64,000 nucleotides of DNA from Eledone cirrhosa (lineage: Eukaryota): positions 151,404,001 to 151,468,000 of the forward strand of contig OZ024741.1 of assembly GCA_964016885.1 (NCBI GenBank), given 5' to 3'. Below the pieces are notes generated by a model, which had not been told where the DNA came from, searched no databases, and saw nothing but the letters and a program-made list of their open reading frames with translations. Position numbers and translations under genes: made by a program. This document shows, piece after piece, positions 27,301-40,050 of the stretch (within the stretch, counting starts at the first letter, position 1; every line of letters begins with the position of its first letter).

Positions 27301-27777
27301 CAGTATATATAAATTCATACGTTAGTAGAGTATTCTTTTTCTACATTCTATGGGTATTGGTGGGGAACTGTCTTATAACTTCTGTGTGCGTATATTTAAT
27401 TCGAGTGGAAATTACACTTTGTTCTCCGTTACTCTCTGCGGTTAATTCACCACATTATGGTACTTTAAAATGAGGCATTTGGAATATGTTCAATAAAGGT
27501 TAAATGTTACTGGCAAACCTACTATATACTGCTCAAGGCAGGAGAGCGAAATGAAATAGATCCCATTATTTCAAAAGGTAGAAAACCTCTAAACAAAATC
27601 CTTGAAGATGGCAGTCAAGTGACTGAACTGAGTAAAATAATGATTTCTGATCTAGGCCGACAATTTGGGTAAGTGGAAAGTCGATTATATCAATCTCGGC
27701 ACTTGACAGGTACTTATTTTATCGACCTCAGAAATATGAAAGGCAAAGTTGACCTCGACGAGATAGAAACTAATAAA

Positions 27778-27968
27778 ATAATTGTTTCTACTTTGTGTAC
27801 AAGGCCAGCAAATACCCAGTGTATTACTGGTACTTTACTTTATCGACCCCGTAAGGATGAAAGGCAAAGTTAACTTCGGCGGGATTTGAACTCAGCCCAT
27901 AAAGGGCCGTAACTCTTTGCAGCAAAGCATGGCGTCCGACCCTCTACCGATACTGCCAATCCACCGCC
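27778..27968 (-). mobile_element. Main-family tRNA SINE with 13-bp TSD, between older copies (27645-27762, 28000-28215)
   Basis: TSD agaaactaataaa at 27765-27777 and 27969-27981. Confidence 0.9.
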
Positions 27969-28623
27969 AGAAACTAATAAACTAATAAACTCAGAAACTA
28001 ATGGTTTCTGATTTAGTCACAAGGCCATCAATTCTCGAGAAGGGAAAGTCGATTAAGTCAACTCCAGTACGTACTGGTTCTTCATTTTATAGATCTCGTA
28101 AGGATGAAAGACAAAGCTAACTTCGGTGGGATTTGAACTTAGAACGTAAAGGGCCACAACTTTATGTTATAAAGCATGGTGTTTGACGCTCTACTGATAC
28201 TGCAAATCCACCGTCTTGGATTCTCCTCACCCCGAACAGATAAATCTTTCGTCTTTTAGTACAGAAACTAGTAAAACAATAAAAGTATAAAAGTATATGT
28301 CGGCTTATTTAAAACGTAACAGCAGTCAGTTTTAATAAATTCTTCAACTTTATTATTATTCAGCCAGTCGAAATGAAATGATTCACCCAGAATGATCAAT
28401 ATTAATATAAAAAGTGTAATGGTCCACACCTTAATTTTATTACCGACATGCAACACAGGATATTTTGACAGTCATTCAATAACTCTTCATTACAACTGAC
28501 CGTTAATCGCAATAAGCGCTTATAGTTTGTCATCTGATAATTATTCATGATTATTCACATCTACTGAATATGAAACTTCATGTCATCTCGTCAAATCACT
28601 AAAAACGATTCTATTAGAAAATA

Positions 28624-28794
<171 letters not shown>

Positions 28795-28802
28795 AATACA
28801 TT

Positions 28803-28866
<64 letters not shown>

Positions 28867-28905
28867 TGAAATATACACGGGTGTGTATGATTGTGTATAG
28901 AAGAT

Positions 28906-29284
28906 TATATTAATAAGAGGAATTCCAACTTTGTCTGATTTACTCGTTTTATTTACAATCCTTTAACATTTATAATGGTATTATAATGAAAAAGTATGCT
29001 AGAATATTAAATGTTAAGTGTTAATTGAACAAGTACTTTCATGCTTTCGCAATCTTCAGGTTCATAATGTGTGGTGACAGTCAAGTTTGCAATTTTGAAA
29101 ATTGCAAACTTGACTGTCACCACACATTATGAACCTGAAGATTGCGAAAGCATGAAAGTACTTGTTCAATTAACACTTAACATTTAATATTCTAGCATAC
29201 TTTTTCATTATAATACCATTATAAATGTTAAAGGATTGTAAATAAAACGAGTAAATCAGACAAAGTTGGAATTCCTCTTATTAA

Positions 29285-29288
<4 letters not shown>
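28906..29288. mobile_element. Apparently perfect palindrome (191-bp arms, 1-nt spacer) with an HHR in each arm
   Basis: Centre G29097. Plus 29130-29168 reads tgaac CTGAAGA ttgc gaaa gcat GAAAGTACTT gttca, mirrored at 29026-29064. Confidence 0.9.
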
Positions 29289-29316
<28 letters not shown>

Positions 29317-29683
29317 AATGAAGTAATTCCGTCGGAAAGGTCCAGGAAAAAAGAGTGTTCTATGTAGGTTACAGAGCTTAATAGTTATGTATTAAATGAA
29401 ATATTTGCCTTATGTTGTTTATTACATAACTATATATATATATATATATATATATGAATTATATATATATATATATATATGAATGTATATATAGTGTATT
29501 TTGCAATACACAGTATGCTTAATTAAAAGCATTTCGAAGACCTTACGCTATATATATATATATCTGTATTATATATATATGTATTATATAGTAATAATAA
29601 TAAATTTGAAGACTAAAATCCAAAGAGGGCTCGATAATGATCAATATGTGTGTGTGTGTGTAGGTGTGTATGTGCGCCCGTGC

Positions 29684-29803
<120 letters not shown>

Positions 29804-29891
29804 TATATATATATTATATATATATATATATTATATATATATATGTGTATTATATATATATATATATATATGTATTATATATATATATATG

Positions 29892-29925
<34 letters not shown>

Positions 29926-29941
29926 TATATATATATATATG

Positions 29942-30024
<83 letters not shown>

Positions 30025-30030
<6 letters not shown>

Positions 30031-33000
30031 GGGTATGACATTAAACTACATCCAGTGGCAAGGCTCCAGTTCGGGAGTTCAGGAGATGTGGGGAATGTGG
30101 AGTTACCCCTTAGTTGTCATGACTCCCAGGTCTGCCCTGGCCCGGGGTGGTAGTATCTGTTAGGGCTCCATTTATGGGTTAAATAACTACCTTATTCGAG
30201 TGGCGCCGGTAAGGTATTGTCAGCCATTGAAAAGGAATATGGAGAGTCGATCTAACAGCACTAGGGTTAGAGCCCCTAATTACACTGTCAAGGAGCAGCC
30301 TGGTCGTTATGACTCTGCTGGCTTAGAGCCACAGGGAGGGCCAGTGGATGATGGATCATCTGCCTCTTAGACAAATATAAAGAATGCAGTTTTGTCCTGC
30401 AGAAGAGCCATCAAAATGGGCACGTTGAACGTGAGGACTATTCGGACGCTGGAGAAGAGAGAGGAGTTGGAACATCTGTTCGAGGAGAGTGGTATACAGA
30501 TACTTGCGATCCAAGAACACAGGATTCTACACGATGAGCCCGTGAGGAGTGTAATGATCGGGAGGAAGAGCCAGCTCATCACTACATCGGCAGTGAAGAA
30601 CACAACAAATGCTGCAGTGGGAGGAGTGGGTTTTGTGTTCAGTGCAAAAACCAATCTGTTGGTGAGGGAAACAATGCCTATCTCCCCGCGAGTGTTGAGG
30701 GTGACCTTCAATGGAAACCCAAGACTGACAGCCATCTCAGCCTATAGTCCAACCGAGGGGGACAGTGATGTGAATGCGGAGGAGTTCCATGAGGAGGTGT
30801 GTAGAGCTGTCAACACCACTCAGGCACACAATATCCTGCTTGTTTGGGGGGACTTCAATGCACATCTGAGTAAGGAGGGCAGTGAAGATCCTTGCTGGTA
30901 CTTCCATAACAACACCAACCGAAATGGAAGACTACTGAGAGACACCCTGCTGGAGGCGAGCTTGATGGCGACCAACCTAAGGTTTAGGAAGAATCTGGGG
31001 AAGATGTGGATCTACATCTCAGATGTGCACCTGTCCAAGTCCCAGATTGATTTCATTCTGGTGAGGAAAAAGTGGTGGAATAGTGTTCTGAACACGGAAC
31101 CATACAGCTATTTCACTACACTGGGTAGTGACCACCGGCTTGTTATGAGTGAGGTCCGTGTGAGCTTAAGAAAGAGCAAGGCTCAGCCCCGGAGAACAAT
31201 CTATGACTGGGGAGCTTTCAAGGAAGATGATAAGCTACAGGAGAGGTTCACAGTGGAAGTGAGAAACAGGTTTAGTGCTCTGTGTGGAGAGTCAGAGGAG
31301 AGAGAGATTGGATGGACTGAGGAGAGTGTGACGAGGAGGTACGGGCACTTCACCAATGCAGTGGCGAAAGCAAGTGAAACCCTGGTGCCGAGGAAAAAGA
31401 ACAAAGGGAAGCACGTCAGCTCTGCAAACCCAAAAGTGTGTGAAGCCAGAGAACACCTGAAAGCTGCCAGGGACCAATTCTATGCTGATCCTACGGAGGA
31501 GAGGATGGAGACTGTGGAGGTGATGAGGGAAGAACTCTGTACCGCTTACACTGAGGTCAGAGAGGAGGCACTGATAGAGAAGATCAGAAGTGTGGAGAGA
31601 GCGGTTGACAGATCTGGATGTAAGGAGAGCTGGATCATCATCAACGAGATCACAGGGAGGAAGAAAAGGTGTTCGAGTCAGATCCAGGGAACGGGGCCCG
31701 AGGATAGGAAGAGGAAATGGCTAGACCATTTTAGGACCCTACTAGGAGAGCCACCCTCCACAGCCCAGAGCACTGGGGAGATCAGGCGGCTGTTTGAGGA
31801 ACTGGATGTTGAGACAGAGCCCTTCACCAGAGAGGAGCTTCAGAGAGCCAAGAAGAAGATCAAGGAGGGCAAGGCTCATGGAGAAGATGGAGTGGCATCA
31901 GAGGTGATGAAGAGGTGTGATTTTGATGATATCATCCTGGGGTTCTGTAACGGGGCACTGGAGAAAGGAGTTGCCCCGAATCAGTGGAAGATCAGTAACA
32001 TCGTCCCAGTGCCAAAGAAGGGAGAGATCTCTAACACCAACAACTACCGGGGGATCTCACTGACGTCACTTGTGGCAAAGACCTTCAACAGGATGATTCT
32101 TAACAGGATCCAGCCTGAGATGGAGAAGAAGCTCAGGGACAACCAGAACGGCTTCAGAGAGGGTAGATCAACCACCAGTCACATCCTGATGCTGAGGAGG
32201 ATATTAGAGGGAGCTAGAGCAAAGTGCCTTCCTGCGGTCATGGTTTTCATTGACTTTAGGAAGGCCTTTGATTCTGTGGACTGTTACTGCCTGATGAAGA
32301 TCTTACAGGCTTATGGAATCCCCAAGAGGATAGTGGACCTGATATCACTGCTCTACACCAACACCAAAGCCCAAGTCATTACACCTGATGGGATGACAGA
32401 GTTCTTTGAGATACTGGCTGGAGTGCTCCAGGGAGATACATTGGCTCCCTACCTTTTTATCATCGTAGTGGACTATTGTATGCGCCTTGCACTGGAGAAA
32501 CACCAGGACTCTGGCTTTACTGTAGCACCGGCTCAGAGCAGGAGAGTTGGGGCGAAAAAGGTATCGGATGCTGAATTTGCCGACGACATAGTTTTGGTGA
32601 CAAATACAGTGAAGGAGGCAGAGGATTTGATGCGGGAGGTTGAGACTGTGTCGATGAGTGTGGGGCTGAGAATGAATGAGACTAAAACAAAATATCTGGT
32701 AGAGAATGTTGAGAAGCCAGAGGGGATCACTAATGTAGGCGGGAAGCCGCTGGAATTGGTTGAGGACTTCCTGTATTTGGGAGCAAAGATTGGGAATACG
32801 GAGGATGATGTCGTTGAGAGGAAGAGCAAGGCCTGGGCGGCGTGCCACAGCTTAAGATCGGTGTGGAAGTCGGACCTTCGTAGAGACCTGAAAATCCGCC
32901 TCTTCATTGCTGTAGTGGAGTCTGTGCTGCTGTATGGGTCTGAGACTTGGACACTGACCAAGAAACTCACTCAGATGGTGGATGGGTGCTACACGAGAAT

Positions 33001-33342
33001 GCTGAGGATGGCTCTGAACATTAATCAGTATACACTGAGGATGAAAAACTCAGAGCTGTATGGGAGCATCCCAAAAGTCAGCTCAAAAGTGACACAGAGG
33101 AGACTGAGGTTGGCTGGACATGCTCACCGACATCCAGAGTTGACATTGCACTCAGTGCTCCTTTTGGAGCCCCTACATGGACACACTAGAAGAGGAAGAC
33201 CAAGGTTAACATATGTTGATGCCCTAAGGACAGACACTGGTCTGTTGGAGATGCAGGATATGGCAGCGATAATGAGGGACAGAGACTGCTGGAGAGAACT
33301 CGTCCATGGATCTCGGGAATTTTACCCGCCTTAGATTAGAGA
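30025..33342 (+). mobile_element. RTE-clade LINE, apparently full length, in (TA)n
   Basis: 5' UTR shared with the 5332 copy, a single long ORF, almost no 3' UTR and a short ttagattaga tail. Confidence 0.95.
30392..33334 (+). CDS. RTE ORF: AP endonuclease plus reverse transcriptase (first ATG after the upstream stop is 30416)
   Basis: GTLNVRT, IQEHR, WGDFNA, QIDFIL, SDHRLV (APE); NYRGISL, QNGFR, FIDFRKAFDSV, GVLQGDTLAPYLF, EFADD, FLYLG (RT); RLRLAGH..RGRPR..DRDCWR (RTE C-terminus). 980 codons with no stop. Confidence 0.95.
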   Translation: MSCRRAIKMGTLNVRTIRTLEKREELEHLFEESGIQILAIQEHRILHDEPVRSVMIGRKSQLITTSAVKNTTNAAVGGVGFVFSAKTNLLVRETMPISPRVLRVTFNGNPRLTAISAYSPTEGDSDVNAEEFHEEVCRAVNTTQAHNILLVWGDFNAHLSKEGSEDPCWYFHNNTNRNGRLLRDTLLEASLMATNLRFRKNLGKMWIYISDVHLSKSQIDFILVRKKWWNSVLNTEPYSYFTTLGSDHRLVMSEVRVSLRKSKAQPRRTIYDWGAFKEDDKLQERFTVEVRNRFSALCGESEEREIGWTEESVTRRYGHFTNAVAKASETLVPRKKNKGKHVSSANPKVCEAREHLKAARDQFYADPTEERMETVEVMREELCTAYTEVREEALIEKIRSVERAVDRSGCKESWIIINEITGRKKRCSSQIQGTGPEDRKRKWLDHFRTLLGEPPSTAQSTGEIRRLFEELDVETEPFTREELQRAKKKIKEGKAHGEDGVASEVMKRCDFDDIILGFCNGALEKGVAPNQWKISNIVPVPKKGEISNTNNYRGISLTSLVAKTFNRMILNRIQPEMEKKLRDNQNGFREGRSTTSHILMLRRILEGARAKCLPAVMVFIDFRKAFDSVDCYCLMKILQAYGIPKRIVDLISLLYTNTKAQVITPDGMTEFFEILAGVLQGDTLAPYLFIIVVDYCMRLALEKHQDSGFTVAPAQSRRVGAKKVSDAEFADDIVLVTNTVKEAEDLMREVETVSMSVGLRMNETKTKYLVENVEKPEGITNVGGKPLELVEDFLYLGAKIGNTEDDVVERKSKAWAACHSLRSVWKSDLRRDLKIRLFIAVVESVLLYGSETWTLTKKLTQMVDGCYTRMLRMALNINQYTLRMKNSELYGSIPKVSSKVTQRRLRLAGHAHRHPELTLHSVLLLEPLHGHTRRGRPRLTYVDALRTDTGLLEMQDMAAIMRDRDCWRELVHGSREFYPP

Positions 33343-33374
33343 TATATATATATAATATATTAATTAATATATTG

Positions 33375-33465
33375 AATATTTACTCCAGTTAACTGTTGAG
33401 TGCTTTATATCAGTTATAAACTTTTAAGCTTGTTGGAATCCCAACAAATTAAATATAACTTCTGC
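33375..33465 (+). mobile_element. Naiad-pLTR extension fragment
   Basis: tactccagttaactgttgagtgct..cccaacaaattaaatataacttct matches 10863-10941. Confidence 0.7.
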
Positions 33466-33472
33466 ATGTATA

Positions 33473-33562
<90 letters not shown>

Positions 33563-33636
33563 TACATACATACGGAGAAAGAGAAGAAGCGAGTGAATGA
33601 GAGAGAGTGCGAGAAGGAGAGAGAGAGAGAGAGACG

Positions 33637-33724
<88 letters not shown>

Positions 33725-34058
33725 CGTGTGTGCATATATGTGACCGAGTGATAGCAATGAGATAGATACACAAATTAACTGATATAATTCATCCCCTTGT
33801 GGTGATATTTGTGAAAAATATATGATTGTGATCTAAGAAAGATATATTAGGTTTTGAACAAACTCTCCAGAGAAGTATCAGAAGATAAACATTAAGATCC
33901 ATTAGTTAATGCTCGATGTTACCTATATTTATGGTTACATTGCATGAGTGTTTCACTATCGTACCTCAAAAGCTTAAATGCATTTCTGTAAACAATGAAA
34001 TTCGTAGTAAGTTTAAAGTGTAATTACTTACTGACTGATTACTACTACTACTACTACA

Positions 34059-34101
<43 letters not shown>

Positions 34102-34276
34102 TTACTACTACTACTACTACTATTGCTGCTACTGCTACTGCTGCTGCTGATGATGATGATGATGATGATGCTTCTAGTGCTTTCTTTCTCTTTTGGCGTA
34201 TCCGAGTTGTGGTGGAAAAGTTGCTGGTTGGTTCGCGATATGAGAGAGAGAGAGAGAGAGGGAGCGAGAGAGAGAG

Positions 34277-34379
<103 letters not shown>

Positions 34380-34395
34380 CACAACAGTGACATAA

Positions 34396-34445
34396 ACAGG
34401 TACTCTAGTTTCATTGGGTTCTGGGCGCCAATTCATTCAGCCTGT
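34396..34445 (-). ncRNA. Hammerhead motif with a 1-nt core insertion (CTGAATGA)
   Basis: Minus strand reads acagg CTGAATGA attgg cgcccagaac ccaat GAAAC taga GTA cctgt. Confidence 0.65.
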
Positions 34446-34641
34446 CATGAGAAAAATAAAAACAAAGATGGCCGCCTAGGGTTCATTGTGCTTTCCTTAT
34501 AGGAATATAACATAAGAGTTTGCGTAGAGGAAGGTAATTTACAAAAAATTTTTAGAAAAAGTTTTTTTTAAAATAAGGTAAGATCAAAGGAGGTAACTAT
34601 TGAGAGACCACAGTCAATTTCCAGTTAACTTTTACTTCAGT

Positions 34642-34773
<132 letters not shown>

Positions 34774-34929
34774 TATATATATAAATATATAGAGAAACAC
34801 ACAGATACATGCGGACACATACATATACATGAATATATCCACATCCATCCTTGAGTTAATGGTGCCAACCTTAACCGATGTTGCTCTATGAATAACTTAC
34901 AGACGTGTTTTGAAACCCTTAATGAGGTA

Positions 34930-35019
34930 TCCTCTTGATAAGTCGGCAGACCTCACAAAAATTCTATATCTCTGTGATGTATTCTTTTTGATTATGCCAC
35001 GAAACTACGTAGTCGAGGA
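34930..35019 (+). ncRNA. Degenerate hammerhead motif with long stem II
   Basis: tcctc TTGATAA gtcggca..tgccac GAAAC tacgta GTC gagga. Confidence 0.55.
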
Positions 35020-35093
35020 ATTTAGAAGCAGTTTAGGTATGATACATCTTATTACTAATTATATCTAATGTTTCTTCTCTCTTCATAATGTAC

Positions 35094-35210
<117 letters not shown>

Positions 35211-35260
35211 ATGAATTTGTGTAAATCCTTGGATTTGTGTAAATCCTTGAAAGGTGTATT

Positions 35261-35318
35261 ATACTATGATCGTTTCAATTACCGGGTTCCGTATGAATCC
35301 GGTGATATCATCAGGTAT
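35261..35318 (-). ncRNA. Type-I hammerhead motif
   Basis: Minus strand reads atac CTGATGA tatcaccggattc..gaacccggtaatt GAAAC gatc ATA gtat. Confidence 0.7.
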
Positions 35319-35459
35319 TCGAAATATAATAAGTGAATGTAATAGATAAGATCGATGGGGCTAAAAATCAAGGACCCGAGGGCAACCGCCATCCAACATC
35401 TGGTGAACCTCAAACCTGAATATATATATATATATATATTTGTATATATATATATATAT

Positions 35460-35650
35460 AAGTTATTCCGGGTTGGATCGGGGTTAACCACAGTAAGTAA
35501 GGTACTCAATACATAGCAGAGTATAAATGTTTTAGTATAGAAAAGCTTCTACAGGACTAGAACTGTTTCATTCGTGAGAAATCATCAGGAAGCTCCGATG
35601 ATTTCTCACGAATGAAACATTTCTAGTCCTGTAGAAGCTTTTCTATATTA
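35460..35650 (-). mobile_element. Family A fold-back mini-element with intact HHR (35544-35594)
   Basis: Minus strand reads agcttc CTGATGA tttc tcac gaat GAA ACAG ttctagtc CTGT A gaagct. Inverted arm 35593-35650. Confidence 0.85.
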
Positions 35651-35709
35651 ATATATACATATATATATTTATGTATGTATATATATATATAGATACATAT
35701 ATATATATA

Positions 35710-35757
<48 letters not shown>

Positions 35758-35769
35758 CATATAAATATA

Positions 35770-35848
<79 letters not shown>

Positions 35849-35852
35849 GTAT

Positions 35853-35914
<62 letters not shown>

Positions 35915-36110
35915 ATAATAATAAATAAGGATAGATATACGTGTAATATAAGTAATAATAATAAATTTGAAGACTAAAATCCAAAGAGGGCTCGATAAGG
36001 ATAAATATATATGCCGTAGAGCAAATATTTATTAAAATAACCGATTAAAGTTTAAGCAAATAATCGCTGCTTTCACCCTTAACGGTATTAAACTTTAATC
36101 TGTTATTTTA

Positions 36111-36190
<80 letters not shown>

Positions 36191-36198
<8 letters not shown>

Positions 36199-36928
36199 GA
36201 CGTAAAATAAGAAAATTCTAAAAATTAACTTACTAAAATTTCACTCAAACTAATTAGTTTCTGAAAGGGAATAAACATGGTTTCCAAATGGAAAGCATGG
36301 AAAAGGCTTTCGTCATCAGGAAGTCTGTTTTCAGCTAAGTTCCCAGGCGATGCGTGGACACTGTGAACTTATACAAAAATAATTCAGTGGATGGAAAAAA
36401 GCAAGCGTGGACTAAATTCCAAGACATTGAAAAAATCACTGCCTACTTGGTCGGTGGCAAATTCAAAAGAATCAATCACGTGACATCGACGTTAATCAGT
36501 GAGGAGTGGAGTGTTAAAAACCCAGTAGCCGAGCCCTTACTATGAACTATAGTAGCAGTTTCGGCAAATTTTTGCTCAACAAAATAATTTGGAGATAATT
36601 ATAAAGAATTAGTATATCTACCAACATATATATATATACAGATGCATACCTATGCTAGCAAATATATAGGTACAGACTTCCTGATGACGAAAGGCTTTTC
36701 CATGCTTTCCATTTGAAACCATGTTTATTCTCTTTCAGAAACTAATTAGTTGGAGTGAAATTTTAGTAAGTATGTTAATTTTTATAATTTTCTTATTTTA
36801 CGTCTTTCATATAATTGTTCTGCATCCCCTTGCATTGAACCACAAAGTTACTAAGAAAAAACCTATATATTTGCTAGCATAGGTATGCATCTGTATATAT
36901 ATGTTGGTAGATATACTAATTCTTTATA
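36191..36928. mobile_element. Interleaved double inverted repeat of a pLTR-like unit with a long-stem-II HHR (36676-36756 plus, 36243-36324 minus)
   Basis: A 36191-36328 / A' 36672-36812 and B 36600-36671 / B' 36861-36928. HHR reads acttc CTGATGA cgaaagg..ctctttca GAAAC taatta GTT ggagt. Confidence 0.8.
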
Positions 36929-36947
36929 TATATATATATATATATAT

Positions 36948-37146
36948 AGTTTTAATATAGATGAGATTCTACAGGACTAGAACTGTTTCATTCATGAGAA
37001 ATCATCAGGAATCTGATTCCTGATGATTTCTAATGAATGAAACAGTTCTAGTCCTGTAGAATCTCATCTATATTAAAACTGTTATACTCTGCTATGTATT
37101 GATTACCTTACTTACTGTGGTTACCTCCGATTCAACCCGGAATAAC
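36948..37146 (+). mobile_element. Family A fold-back mini-element with HHR (37015-37063)
   Basis: Palindrome centred on T37014. HHR reads gattc CTGATGA..GAA ACAG..CTGT A gaatc. Confidence 0.85.
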
Positions 37147-37239
<93 letters not shown>

Positions 37240-37351
37240 GAAAAGATGAAGTTGGAAATAGCACGGGAGATATAATTTGCTTTTCTTTTTTCTTTTTTTT
37301 TTTTTTTTGTTTCTTCAAAGTGACATTATTGAAAAGATAATATTATTAAAA

Positions 37352-37533
37352 GATTGGCAGTATCGATAGAAGGTCGGGCGCCATGCTTTGAAGCATAGAG
37401 TTACCTCCCTTTATGATCTGAGTTCAAATCTCGCCGAGGTTAACTTTGCCATCTTTACGGGGTCGATAAAATAAAGTACCAGTAATGCACTGGGATAATT
37501 GCTGGCCTTGAGCCAAAAGTAGAAACAATTATT
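37352..37533 (+). mobile_element. Main-family tRNA SINE
   Basis: Similarity to 1908-2088. Confidence 0.85.
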
Positions 37534-38415
37534 TAAAAAAAAAAAAAAATGAGAGGGACAATTGTTTTTAAAAAAAATTTTATGATGTATATAAAGTATG
37601 TGAAGAATTACCGGTTTCGATGTGTTATTAAAATCCATCCTATCAAATGTTGAGTGTAAACAATTAAAAAGTGTTGATAGGTGTTAAGAACGAAAGGTTT
37701 AAATTTAAAATCAAAATCAAATGTTTGAATAAATCTTCTTCCATCCTTCTTGCTGAAAGTTTGGGTAGAATGAGAACGTTACTCGTTTTTCTGCAAGGGA
37801 GGAAGTTGTTTTGAAAAATATCCCGTGAGTTAATCGAGTGATCAAAAGTTCAAAACGGGATAGGTGATTATAAGTTAGAGCTGAATTCTGTAGGAGTAGT
37901 AGTAAGATTGTATGTGTACATATATACACACACACACATATATATATAGAGTGATTGTGTATATACAACAGTACACACATGTGTGTGTGTCTGTGTTTCT
38001 GTCTGTCTGTCACAGTCCCTTTAGCAATACACTCATGTGTGTGTATGTGTGGGGTTGTTGTGTGTGTTTGTATGTCTTTTTCAGCCCGTCTGTCACAGAT
38101 ACTTTTGTGGAGGGAAATTAAGAAAGATTTTTTCTCTTCAAAATTCAGAAAATTGTCAAAAATTAAAAACTAAAATCCAAATCCCAAAATAAAAAAAATA
38201 AAAAAAAATTGAAAAAACTTTTTAAAAAAAATTCATAAAAAAAAAAAATACAAAATTGTTTTCCATCTCAAAATAACTTCTTTAACAAAAGCCTGAGTAT
38301 CAGTAGGAGTAACTTCTGCAATGACTAATTTTTCCCTCTTATTTTGAAACGAAACACAGTGTGTTTTTTATAAATAAATACACACACACGCACACATACA
38401 CACACTCGCGCACGC

Positions 38416-38488
<73 letters not shown>

Positions 38489-38869
38489 GAATTAAGAAAC
38501 ATTTTTTTCTACAAAATTCAGAAAATTGTCAAAAGTTAAAGACTAAAATCCAAAGGTTTCTCAGAATCCCAAAATTTAAACATTAGAAAATTTTTTTTAA
38601 AATATGTATATATATGTATATATAAATGGAAAAAATGAAATTTCATTTCTCACTTTCAGTACGGCTGATACTTAAATATAAGTATGTATAAGTACATACA
38701 TACATACGTACAGTAGTATGTATATACACACATACATGCATTTGTACGTATGGGTTTACTGAACATTTATTATAATGCTCGGTTTGTTTGTAAACAAACA
38801 GCCCGAATTATTAGCCGTACAGTGTTCGGCAACCATCGTTGCCCTTTTGTTCAACACTGACAAAGGAAT

Positions 38870-38908
38870 GATGAACTAGTTTCTAGCTTATTAGCTGTCA
38901 TCAGCACC
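38870..38908 (-). ncRNA. Minimal type-I hammerhead motif between inverted repeats 38704-38770 / 38921-38995
   Basis: Minus strand reads ggtg CTGATGA c agct aata agct a GAAAC ta GTT catc. Confidence 0.8.
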
Positions 38909-39599
38909 GTATACCTTCCTGTAAATGGTCGGTAAACCCATACGTACATATATATATGTGTGCATGTATGTGTGTATATACATACTACTGTACGTCTGTA
39001 TACATATATGTATGTACGTATACATACTTATATATATATATATATATTTACTCTCACAGGAGTAACCTCCGTTACGGTCCAACGCTCATCCCTTACACCT
39101 TTGCAAAGACAAACAAAGAAACTTGAAAATACGCACACGCATACACACGCACGTCCCCACACATGTGTACAACACCCACACCCACACAAACATGTCCACT
39201 CCAAATATATAAACATTATAAACACTGTTTTCTCAAAGGCAAAGACGACGCGCGAGTATAGTCGAATTCATAGAATAATGAGAAATACTGAAGATAAGAA
39301 AAGCTGATAAAACAGCAAAATGTCGTCAGTGACGATGTCGGGTACAAATTACCTCAAAGGACAGAAATCAGTGGCTAGAATTTTGTTGCACCGCAGAAAT
39401 GATAAGAAGGAAAGAAAAATAGGAAAAAATGAACGAGACAAGATTACACATACATTTATTTATTTCTGCCTCTCACTTCTGCGGGCCAACATACTTCCAC
39501 CTACTGATTCCTGTCCTTTAGACAATTTTTACCCAACGCTGTCATTGACGTTATTTTACTATTCTTATGTTAAGTTTTTCTCATTATTCTATGAATACA

Positions 39600-39900
39600 T
39601 AGGACGGTGGTTTGGCTGAATCGGTAGAGCGTCGGACACCATGCTTTGGTGCATAGAGTTACGGCCCTTTATCATGGCGTCCGACCCTCGATCGATACTG
39701 TCATAATGATATCTAATTTAGGCACAAGACCAGTAATTTCTGGGTAGTGGGTGGCAATTCGATTATATTGAATCCAGTACTGAGCTGTTGCTTTAATCTA
39801 TCGACTTCGAAAGAATGAAACACAAAGTTTACGTGGACGGCATTTGAACTCAGAACGAAAAATTGGAAGAAAATTGTAAAGCATTTCTCAAAAGCTCTAA
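39600..39900. mobile_element. Degenerate tRNA-SINE pieces in both orientations
   Basis: Head tggctgaatcggtagagcgtcggac on plus at about 39612, and a minus-strand body at 39712-39860. Confidence 0.65.
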
Positions 39901-39989
39901 TGTATGTGTGTGTATATTGTTACACACATAGAAGCATAGATGTATAGGTACACACTCACAAACACAGACACACACACATATGTATACAT

Positions 39990-40050
<61 letters not shown>

